The notes under the pieces were generated by a model. The model saw only the letters and a list, made by a program, of their open reading frames with translations, was not told the DNA's origin and did not search any database. This document shows, in pieces, positions 27,158 through 38,400 of a stretch of 64,000 nucleotides of DNA (its first letter is position 1; every line of letters begins with the position of its first letter). Source of the stretch: a virus; IMG/VR virus record IMGVR_UViG_3300008117_000049, positions 71,337 to 135,336 of that record; one strand, written 5' to 3'. Position numbers and translations under genes: made by a program.

Positions 27158-28984
27158 TTGGGCGTTTTCAGGCGTGATAAATCACCCGCAACAAATACTC
27201 CACAGCGTGGTATTCGTGCTTCTAATCCAGTAGCGAATACTCTCCCTGCTAACTCTGTTTTTCTAAAACCAGTTCCTAACGCTGCCCCGTCTGCCCCTTA
27301 CAACGCACCTAGAGCATTGACCGCTGCGGCTGCTCAACTAAAAATTGGCGACAAGTCCGAAGCCGAGCAATTCAAAAATCGTAGGGCAGCAGCGTCGTCT
27401 GCTTGGCAATCAGAAGCGTGGGAATACTACGACGCAATTGGTGAAATCAAATACGCTTTCAATCTTGTTGCTAGCGTTGTTTCTCGTATTCGTCTTTATC
27501 CAGCAGTAGTTTCTAATCCCGCTGAAAGCCCAAGTCCAATTAGAAATGTTGAAGCCTTTGACCAGCGTATTGTCGCTGCCGCTGAGCGTGCTCTAGCAAG
27601 ACTTGATTCAGCGTATGGCGGTCAGGCTGGTCTGCTAAAAGACGCAGCACTAAATCTCCAAGTAACTGGTGAGTGCTACCTAAGTCAAATTCCTCAACGC
27701 CCTTCAGATGGAACTCCAGAGTCTTGGGATATTCGTTCCGTTGATGAAATCACAGTTGATAGCAGAGCAAATGTTGTTATCAGTCCTAGACGAGAACTAA
27801 AGACCGCTGGTGGTGGAACTCAAAAGGGCGTTTATGTTTTGCCGAAAGGTGCGTTCATTGGTCGTATTTGGAAAGCACACCCACGCTTTTCCGAAGAAGC
27901 CGATTCATCAATGCGTGGAATTTTAGACTTGTGTGCTGAACTTCTACTTTTGAACCGCACATTCCGTGCAACGGCGCGTTCCCGTCTGAACGCTGGTGCG
28001 CTCTATCTGCCTGACGGTCTTTCGGTTGCTGCTAACCCAGACCCAGATTTCCCATACACAGATGCCGATGGTATCTACGACGGCCCTACTCCAGAGGAGT
28101 TGGAAGACGAATTTGAAGACCAACTTATGGATGCTATGACAACTCCTATCAAGGATGAAGATTCAGCGTCTGCCGTTGTTCCGTTGATTATTCGTGGACC
28201 TGCTGAACTTGGAGATAAAATCAAGCAGTTCAAGTTTGAGCGTTCATTTGACCCTGCTCTTGCTCAGCGTGCTGACCGTGTTCTTGAAAGAATTCTTCAG
28301 GGTCTAGATGTTCCAAAAGACATCGTTACTGGTCTAGCAAATGTGAAGTATTCAAACGCACTTCAAATTGACGAGGCTTTGTACAAGGCTCACATTGAGC
28401 CACTGATGTTGCTTATCGCCGACGCTCTTACAGTTGTCTATCTACGCCCATACCTACTTGCTAACGGATTTACCGAGCCAGAAGTAGAACGCATTGTTGT
28501 TTGGTATGACCCATCACAGGTTGCTACTCGCAATGACCGTGCCGCAGATGCGGACAGCGGTTTTGAGAAGATGGCAGTTTCGTTTGAGACTTGGCGTAGA
28601 GCGCACGGTTTCTCCGAAGCAGAGGCACCAAGCCCAACTGAAGTTGCGTTGCGTTTGCTTGTTGAAAAGGGAATGATTACTCCAGAACTTACTGAAGCAA
28701 TGCTTGGTGTTGTTGCTCCAGATGTTATGGAGAAAATCCGTGCTTCAGCACAGGCAGCACAGCCAACTCCAGCAGTTCCGGGTCTAGACCAAATGCTTCA
28801 GGGCGGTCCGCCACCTGAAGGTGGAGAAGCACCACCCGCTCCAGAAGAAGCACCACCTGGATTAGCAGAGCCAGGAGTAACCGAAGAAAGTGCTCCAGTT
28901 CCACCGACAGAAGAAGTCGCACCGCCACAGCCTATCGCTCCGTCAGACGCTACTCCGCCAGGCCTAGCCGAACCTACTCAGTAA
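27158..28984 (+). CDS. Portal protein
   Basis: Position after TerL, 608 aa, WQSEAWEYYDAIGEIKY as in actinophage portals; TTG start with RBS aaggag. Confidence 0.85.
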   Translation: MGVFRRDKSPATNTPQRGIRASNPVANTLPANSVFLKPVPNAAPSAPYNAPRALTAAAAQLKIGDKSEAEQFKNRRAAASSAWQSEAWEYYDAIGEIKYAFNLVASVVSRIRLYPAVVSNPAESPSPIRNVEAFDQRIVAAAERALARLDSAYGGQAGLLKDAALNLQVTGECYLSQIPQRPSDGTPESWDIRSVDEITVDSRANVVISPRRELKTAGGGTQKGVYVLPKGAFIGRIWKAHPRFSEEADSSMRGILDLCAELLLLNRTFRATARSRLNAGALYLPDGLSVAANPDPDFPYTDADGIYDGPTPEELEDEFEDQLMDAMTTPIKDEDSASAVVPLIIRGPAELGDKIKQFKFERSFDPALAQRADRVLERILQGLDVPKDIVTGLANVKYSNALQIDEALYKAHIEPLMLLIADALTVVYLRPYLLANGFTEPEVERIVVWYDPSQVATRNDRAADADSGFEKMAVSFETWRRAHGFSEAEAPSPTEVALRLLVEKGMITPELTEAMLGVVAPDVMEKIRASAQAAQPTPAVPGLDQMLQGGPPPEGGEAPPAPEEAPPGLAEPGVTEESAPVPPTEEVAPPQPIAPSDATPPGLAEPTQ

Positions 28985-28993
28985 GAAAGAAAA

Positions 28994-29467
28994 ATGCATC
29001 AGAAATTAGCAGAACATCTAGCAGTATGTTTAGCCGATACGGTTACATACAAGTTCATTGCTCACGGCTATCACTGGAATGTGAAAGGTCCTGAGTTCAC
29101 TCAGTTTCACGACTTCTTCGCAACACTTTATGAAGACGCTGATTCAGCAATTGACCCGTTAGCCGAGAATATTCGCAAACTTGGGTTTGACGCTCCATTT
29201 ACTTTAGAAGACTTTGCTTCTCTAACTTGCGTTAGCGTAAATCCAGTTTCAGGCGACCCGATTGAAATGAGTAGCAATCTATACGAAATAAATTGCCACC
29301 TTAAAGAGTGTTTAACAAAAGCGTTTGATATTGCCAACGCTTGTAATGAACAAGGAATTGCCAACTTCCTAGCAGAGCGTATTGACCAACACGCTAAGTG
29401 GGTTTGGCAAATAGGCACCACTATTGGTGCTGACTCAACCGTCATAACCAGAATCGAGTTCAAGTAA
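28994..29467 (+). CDS. dps: Dps/ferritin-like protein
   Basis: HWNVKGPEFTQFHDFF..LYE...DPLAENIRKLG. Confidence 0.92.
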   Translation: MHQKLAEHLAVCLADTVTYKFIAHGYHWNVKGPEFTQFHDFFATLYEDADSAIDPLAENIRKLGFDAPFTLEDFASLTCVSVNPVSGDPIEMSSNLYEINCHLKECLTKAFDIANACNEQGIANFLAERIDQHAKWVWQIGTTIGADSTVITRIEFK

Positions 29468-32400
29468 TGAGTGAATACGAAAACTTTGACCCTGTTGATG
29501 AAATAAATAAAATCATTGAAGGTGCCGACAGACCTGCTCTTCCATCTGTTTATGTGAAGAAAGATAAAACAAATGTTGTCATCGAAGGTACTGCTTTAGT
29601 AGCGTCAGCAAACAGCAAAACTCTTCCTAGCCGTAGAGTTGGAAGATTTGAAATGCTTGAAGTTCTAGAGCGAAGTCTCAACAGAACAGTCACCAATTTC
29701 AACAACCCCTCTCAAAGAGCGTTTACCGCAATGAGAGAATTATCAGACTTTGTGAATATGGCAACTACTGGCGCACAGCCAAAGATTGCTGGAGAACACA
29801 GAGACCTACTTCCAGTAGGACACCCCCTATCAACCAGACCAAACGACTTTTCTGAGGAAGAGTTGGCTCAAGCCCGTGCTGAGTGGATGTCGGCAGACCC
29901 TAGAATTGCCGAAGAGTTCCGCCCATTAGTCGCTACTGCTTTTGTTACACCAGAAGAGAGCGTAGAGCGTGAGTATCTAATAGCAAAGTTGGAAGCAACT
30001 AACGCTACCCAAGTACCAAGGGATATCATCCTCGGCTTGACCGCCGCTGGAAACCCTTACGCTGGGGGGAACTCTTTTTTAGCACGAAGCGCCAGGGCTA
30101 GGGCTCAGCGCCGCGACAGAAGAGGTCGCTTTGCTTGGATGGGCGGTGGAGCCAGAGTATGGCTCGGAAAATTATTTGACGCAGTATCTTCTTTGTTCAG
30201 ATTTGCTGGATACGACGCAAAAACAGATTCGTTTGACCTAGAGGGCGTTCCAGGTAGCCCTTACTTTGGAAAAGTTATTAGCGTTCCCGCTTCACAAGTA
30301 GAAGCGATAAAAGCAATTCTTCCAGACAGTTTAGGGTTGCCAGAGCCACGCTCAAAGAGCGTTGCTAAAAATTTAATTGTGGACCCAAGCACTTTACAAC
30401 TAAAAGATGCTCCAACTGGTTGGGAAAAAGTTTCTAGCGAAAACGGCGTTGATGTTTTCCGTTCCGCTGATGGTTGGATAGCAACTCGCTATCCTAACCT
30501 TGCCTCAGCACCAAAAGAGAGTAGCATCACTCGTACTCGTGGTGCTAATTCTGATAAAAGCATAAATCCAGACCTACCCGTTTATCACATTGCCCAAGGT
30601 TCCGCTGACGGAACGGTAGTTGATAAGCCATTTGCCGTGGCTCAGGGGTGGGGTGACGCTCAGGCGTTGATTGCTCGCTATGATAAGAAACTTTCTCCTA
30701 GCAAAAAGAAAGCCGAATTAGATGAACCACAAGAGCAAGGATTTATAAAAGGCTGGAAAAAGCAAGAAAGAGGCTACATACCAGCGGATTATAATCCTTA
30801 CGGATACTACGCTGGGGGCAGAGATGTCGCTATGGGAAACGATTCTTATACAGACCCTAGTGGCCGATTTATTGCTGTATCTATGGCTCCTAAAAAGCAA
30901 GAGCAAGCCAAAAATGTTAGAAAGCAAGTTCTTGAAAGTGGGAAGCCAATTGAAACTTTTGACGGTGCTAAAGACTGGGATGGCGATGTAAGCAATTTAT
31001 GGAGACTTGAAAGAGTAAGAAGCGACGGTAAAAGAGAGATACTTGGCTACTACCAAGATACCGAAGACATTGAGCGTGATACTGAAATTCCAAAAGACCT
31101 AGAACAAGGACAAGATTTCTACGAAGAAATAATTGCCAACACATTGCAGTGGGGCGGAAACTCGGTTGATTTTGTTGATGGAAGTAATCCAGACCAAGGA
31201 TATTTAGTTGCTCACGAGGCTGATGTTGTGCAACCAGATGGAAGCGTAAAAAAGCGTGAGCAGTTAGTTACTCCAGAAGACTTTATGGACCCAATCGAGG
31301 GGCCAAAAATTCTTCGTGCTTATGCTTTAAAAAACCAAGAAAAACTTATGGAAAAAGGTTTTTATCTTGGAACTTGGACAGACATGGTTGAGGTGAAAGA
31401 CGAAAATGGAAATGTAATTGACAAGAAAGAAATGGTCTTTCTAGATGTCAGTGAGTGGATAAAAGATTTTGATGATGCATTTGACGCTGGAGAAAAACGA
31501 GGCGAAATTGCTATTTTTGGTGCCTCAGAGGGCAAGAGTTATTACATTGAAGTTGAAAAGCGTAGAAGAGAAACAATACGAAATACTCCAGTTCTAGATA
31601 AAGAAGAAGATAAAAGAGTTAGGGAAGAATCCGACAGGATTACAGATGAAGAAAATAAGTGGTTTAGAGATAATTATGCAGTTTGGCAAAACTTTGAGCG
31701 TGATACTGGAATAGGATTTTTTAAAGACGACGGTTCTCCAAATCCAGAAGTAGCAAAAGTAAGTCCAGAAATTTATGAACACCTAAAACGCAGAGACGAC
31801 GCTGAAAAAAATAGAAATTCTGTATTCCAAAATTACATTCGTTCAGTTTTTGAAATGGCTGACGGTATGGACCCGGGCGGGAAAAACAACGGACTTGCTG
31901 TTAATCAAGGTTTATTAGACATTAGAGATAGGTATGTCGGCGACGATGAAGCAACTCTAAAGATGAACGCTGGTCTCCGAGAAGGTCAGGTTGCTAGTTC
32001 TAAAGTAAAAAGCGTGGATAGGCTTGTAAATAAATCTAAATTAAAACAAAACACCGTGCTGTATAGGGGGGCTTGGCTAGACCCTGAGTTGGTAAGTCAA
32101 ATAGAAATTCAGGACTCTTACTTTGACAGAGGTTTCCAGTCTTCTGGACTAGATGTAGACACCGCAACAAGTTATTTAGATTTTAGAGCCGAAAAAAGTC
32201 AAGGCAAAGAAAGAGTTGTTTTTAGAATTCTTGCTCCGCAGGGTATGAATGCTATACATGTTGGCGACGATGAAGTAATTATGCGTCGCAATACAAAAAT
32301 GACTATAATTAGAAAAACTAAGTTAGATGACACAACATACATTGATGTGGATATCGAACCTCAAACAAAGGAGCAAATAGATGTCAGACTCCAAGGACTC

Positions 32401-35400
32401 GTCAAAGGGCCACGACCTGAATCTAGTGAAAGTCCCGGAGAACTTCTCCCAGATGACGGAGGAGGAGCAGATGGCTTGGGCGAAGGAGGCCCATTCGAAG
32501 TTAATTACGCGCCTCTCCCCACCACAAGACCAGACTCAGAAAGAGTAACTGACCCACAACTAGCAATTTGGCTAAGACTTTCTAAAGATGTACTGGGAGT
32601 AAGTCTAAACGGCATAATTGACGAGGCTATTGCTATAAATCAAAACAATGACCCAGAAAAACACTTGGCTAAAAGGCTAAAAGCAAATGTTGCTAAATCT
32701 CTAGCAGAAAAACTCAAGGATGTTGACGACAAAGAGTTTGTAAGAGTATTAGATGATTTGGGGGTGTTCTCTGGACTATCTAAACACATGGACTGGTCTG
32801 AGCCTAAAAAACTTCAAGAAGTAATTTTTTATAGTCTAGATGCAAGAAAAGAAGTTGGTGTAAACCTTAGAGCAGAATTTGCTAATGTCTTGAGATGGGC
32901 TACGACAAATAATGATTTTTATAGAGAACAGAAGGAACTCGTTGACAAAATTAATTCTACTAAAGAGGTAACTCTTGAAGAAGCACGACTAATTCTTGAT
33001 GCCTATAATGAAAATGGTCGATTAGGCGGATTTACTCTTTTCAAAAATCTTATTCTTCCAGACAGTGATAATAGAGAATTTTTAGATGCTGTTAGGTATA
33101 CCGCCGTTTCAAGCCTAGTTAGTCGATGGGCATCCACATCCAACGGTTCGCATGTTTCGTCTCTTGCTATTCAAGAAGTGGCTAGAAGACAGTTTGGCAT
33201 TAGAGGTTCAGCCGAATGGAATAACGGAATCGGTATGGAGATACAGGTTAAAGATGTTGCTGACAAAAACAGAAACTTGATTGGAAGATTTTTACAAGCC
33301 CAGTATGACCTCACTCAAGAATATTTCAAGAAAAAGGGTATATCTAAAATAACTCTCTATCGTGGAGTCAAAAACTTCAAGGCTCACGATATGCCAAAGA
33401 CCACTTCCTCAACAGAAAATGGCATTTCAGGAGCAGTAAGACTAAGACCTTTATCATCTTGGTCGACTTCAGAGGGGGTAGCAATTGGGTTTGCTAGGGG
33501 AGAAGACGGAAGAGTATTCCGTAAAGAATTTGATGTAAAAAACATATTTTCTATGCCAGGCTTTGGTAATGGTTGTTATGAAGAAAAAGAAATGGTAGTT
33601 CTAGGTGGAGTTGTAGATAGCGTTGATATAGGAACCTACAGTGTTCTAAACACTCGTGGAGAAGGTAGTCCAGTCAAATACCCATCTCCAGAGCCACAAG
33701 CCATTACTTACGAATCTCTTCCAAACTTACTTCCAGACTTGGGATTAGAAGTAAATTACGCTCCTTCGCGCCGTGACTCTAGACTACTAAACGACGCAGA
33801 AAGAAATGAAATTGCGCGACACCACCCAACAGAAGCAATTTGGGTATCAATTGCCGAAGACTCCACTTTCCACAAAAGGGAGATGCCACTTACTCTAAAA
33901 AATTCATTGGAATTCCACGACAGAGAGGCAATTCGCACTGGTCAAATAGGAACTGGTCCTATGGGCGAGGGGACCGTAGAACTAGCAAGGGCTTTGAAAA
34001 AGGGTGTGGCACAAAACCTTGAAAATAAAATGTCTTCTGTTGAAGCATCGGAGTGGGCAGAAACAGCAAATCTTTTCAAAGACTTGGGCATAGTCGTCAA
34101 CTTTCCTAATGATGAAGAGAGCAGTCAATATGGAGTTGTAAGAGCACTTATTAGTTCTTGGGCTTTTACTTCAAACGGCGACGAGCCTTTATCTTTAGCA
34201 ATTCAAGAATTAGCCAAAAAAGAATTTGGAATTGAAAAGGCGGCTGATTGGGAAATTAGCCCAGAGAAACAAGTAAAAGTAGATAAAATTTTAGAAACTA
34301 GCGAAAACTTAATTAGAAAGTTTCTAAGGGCTCAATACGACCTTACTCAAGAATATTTCAAGCGTAAGGGAATAAAAAAACTTACTTTGTTCCGTGGAGT
34401 AAAGAAATTTAGTAACCACGAAATTGTAGAGTCTACTTTTCCTAACGGTGGAAAATTTACCGCAACTTTGGGCCTTAGACCGTTATCGGCTTGGACTACA
34501 AGCAGAAGAATTGGAACAATTTTTGCCAACCGCTACGAACAAAGTAGGTTGTTCCGCAAAGAGTTTGATGTAAAAGATATATTCTGTTTCCCTGGCACTG
34601 GTTTTGGTTGCTTAGATGAAAGAGAATTTGTTGTTCTTGGTGGAAACACTAAAGGCATAGATGTCTCTAGTCAAAGAGATATGAGCCCATTAGGAGGAAT
34701 GAGTGATGCTTTTAACTTTGAAAACAGGGCAGCCAATTATCAAGTTGTATTTGATAGCGATGTTGAAAGTCCGCTAGACCAAATTGCTGAAAGTGGATTT
34801 AGACTTGGCGAATGGGTTAACTATGCTCCTGAAAGACTTATTCGGCCAGAAAGAGACGCAGTTGCTGACATAACCTCGTTTGACCCCACAGACGAGATAC
34901 CTAATTCTCCAAAAAATGCTGGCGGAATGACACGAAACACTTGGTGGGCGTGGGAGAGAGGTCCTGACGGAAATCAATTCATTGACTACATGCGTCAACA
35001 GGCTTGTCGTTTAATTGGACTACCAGTTCCAGAAACTGAGTTTGATAAGGGCAAGGGAAGCCACTTTATGCTCCAAAGAGGCTGGGGTGCTCCGGGCGAA
35101 AAAGCCATAAAGGGAATGGTAAATGCTATTGCAAATGGTCGCCCTCAACCGCCACTATATCGTGGGTTGGCAAACGGATATGGCGAAAACGCTTCTACTC
35201 CAGAATTAGAAAGACTAAGAAGCGTTAGAGAGGGCGATACGGTTGATATGCCACTTGCTTCTGCCACGCGCTCACCCGGAGTTGCCACTTGGTACGCAAC
35301 TAATAGGGGCACAGATAGGGGTCCTATAATTCTAAAAATTAGAGAAGGTGCTAATGGAGTGTCTCTCTCTAAAACTAACTCATTCTACCCGCACGATTAC

Positions 35401-38400
35401 GAAACTGTAGTAAACGGAAAGTTTAGAGTAGTCGGCAACCAAACCGTTCTTACTCCAGTTTGGTCAAGAGATTATGTAAATATTTTTGACACTGAAGACC
35501 GCCCAGCAGAGGGTATACCAATTCTTCGTGGGCAAGTACCAGAAGATTTGCTAAATGAAATACGAGAAGCATTGATAAAAAATCCAAAAGACGATTTATC
35601 ACGCTTCAACACCGATACGTTGAAATTTACTAACGACAGAAATAGAAGCAAATACTCCATTCCAATTTCAGTTTGGATGTTGAGCGAACCAAAAGAAATT
35701 CAAGTAATTGAGTTGGAACAAGAAAAAGTTTATAGCATTGACGAAAACAAGCCTGAATCTAAAAATGACCAGCCAGAAACATACGAAAATGTGGAACCAT
35801 TTTTTGCCGAAAAATTAGAGGCTAATGCTGAAAAAGCGCCACTTGACTCTCCAGCAGAAGGTTTTATAGTAAGTTATGCCCCACTAAATCTAACTGGTCC
35901 TCAAAAATTAGTAAGTTCAGATGTCCCAGAACCTAAAATAACTGGTCCTCAAAAATTAGTAAGTTCAGATGTCCCAGAACCTAAAAAATACGGAAAAGAT
36001 TTAAAAAAGCGCGAACAATTATTTAAAAAATATGAAGAAGCAGAAAATAAGTTAGACAGAGCCAGAAAAGAGATTTTAGACAAAGAGCGCGCGGCGAGGA
36101 GGGCTAACGGAGGTGCCTACCGACCACTACCGTATAAGTACGATATGGATGAAAATGGCAGATTAGTGCCTAATCCTCGTCTTATAGACGAACTAGGAAG
36201 AAAGTATTTTAATTTAGTTCAAGACTTGGCTGATTCCATAAACGCTCTGAGAGATTTTGATAAGAAATTTATTGAAAGCAAGTTTGAATTATCTGTTGGC
36301 GGAGTTATACCAAATCCGCCGTCAAGGACAGAAATTACAAGTCCGGGAGATATTTGGCAAGGACTAAAAAATGTCAGAAAAGAATCGTTATATGCCATAG
36401 GCGACTGGGGCGCAAGTGAGACATCAAGACAGGTACTAGCCAGCACAAGAGGTAGTTATGTCTATAACAAGAGTATGAAACCTGAATTTGTTTCTAGAAT
36501 TTCTCCACTAATATCTCAATCAACTTTAAAAGAAAATACTCAACTTCACAGAGGCGAGTGGCTACCAGAAAATATAGTTGACGCTGCCGAAGTGGGAGAC
36601 TCAATTTATTTTGACAATATACAGGAACTGAGTTTGTTATCTGATGTGCCTAACAAACAATTGCTTCGCAGGAACGGCGACCAATTAGATAAAACCTATT
36701 ATTTCAACAAAGGCAAAAAACCAGTGGTTCTTAGATTGAACTGCCCTAAAGGTATGAATGCTTTATATACAAAAAATCAAGCAGACGAAAGTGAAAACTT
36801 TAGCGATATTGATGCTGGAAGAGATAGAGAAGACGCTATGGTGCAAGCAGTTCTTTTGCGCCCAGATGTAAAAATGAAATTAGTAAGTAAAACCGAAAAA
36901 GACGGAGTTACTTACCTTGAGTTTGATGTAGAGCCAAAAACAAAAGAAGAAATTGAATCAAATAAAAGTGGCTTAATCAAAAAAGACGGTCAAGTAGTAG
37001 AACAAATAATGCCACAACCAGAGGACCTTGGCGCATTAGAAACTCCTGAAGGATTTATATTAGGCAACGACGCTCCGATAGAACCAGATAATAGATTAGT
37101 AGTAAATTACGCCCCTAAAAACAAAAATAAAGGCGCTGGTCTTGCTAAAGAAGTTGAAAGAAGACAAAAATTAGCGGAAGCACAAAAAAAGATACAAGGA
37201 GAACTTAAAGAAAAGCAAGAAAAAGAAAAAGAAATTCTTAAAGAAAGGATGGAGGAGCAAAAAGAAGAGTTAGCACAAAAAATTCCAGAAATTGCTCAAA
37301 TGCTACCGTCGTCTCCACAAGATTTACTTGACCCTAATCAGCCGTTAAATATTTTGGGCTCTACAGACATTACTCAAGAAATTTTTAATGTGCCTGGCGG
37401 TGACGACCCAGAAAAACCAAACTCAATTCAAATTTTAGAGCCTAATCAAGTTTGGAAAGATTTAGTTTCAACAATGGAAGCATTGGGTTCTGCTGCTTCT
37501 GATGATATTGAAAATCAAGTAAATGAAAAATTTGCTGAAACAATTAAAGATTTAAATGCTCAAAAGAAGCAAGTAAAAGCGTCTAGAGATGAAGCAGAAT
37601 TAGGATTAAGAACACTAGAAAGAGCAGCCCAGCAGTTAGAAAACTCAGCAATTCTAAATAATTTTGGGGCTAATAACAGTCCTGTGCGACAAAGTATTAT
37701 AGATACGGCTTTAAGTTATATCAATGACAAATATTTTTTAAAAGACCCTAACGCCCCAGATTTGGTTTGGAATAGTGATTTTGGTGCTTTTGCTCAGTGG
37801 GCTGTAAAAAAGAGATATCCAAATATATCGAAAGACGAAGCCCTCACAAAAACATTGGCATTATTAACAGCCGCCAACTCTCACTTAATTGAAATTGCAA
37901 AAATGCCAGACTCTGCTCAAAGAGACGCAGAAGTAAAAAAAGTTATTGCAAAAATGATGTTAGGAACTTACTTTACTCAAACATGGGAATCATTTTTTGA
38001 TGCCGCGCATAATTTAAATGTTACTAATAACCCGAACTCTGCGGCTTGGGAAGCGGAATTGTCCGAAATTATTGGCAATAATCCAATACCTGATTATAAC
38101 CAACTTGCTAGGAATTTGTTTAATAAATTAGAAATTTATGAAGATAATAAAAAGAATTACAAAAAAGCAATAACAGATTTTTCTAAAAAGGTGCATGATG
38201 AAATAATTAAACCAAAATTAGAAGAGTTAGGAATTGTTTTTGGCCATAGTGTCACTATAGAACCAAGAGAAATAAACTATGTTGGAAAAGGTTCCCTTGG
38301 TCATGATGCGAATCGTAACCCCGTTTTTGTTCCTAATCCTTCAATTCGGGCTACTGGTGATTTAACAGATGCTAGAGGGTATGCTTCTATTTTGACTGAA

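Noticed and set aside
34692-34777. AGGAGG-N8-ATG 23-codon alternative-frame ORF after ART3
   Set aside because: Very short, no protein-like pattern; AGGAGG is explained by Leu-Gly-Gly codons
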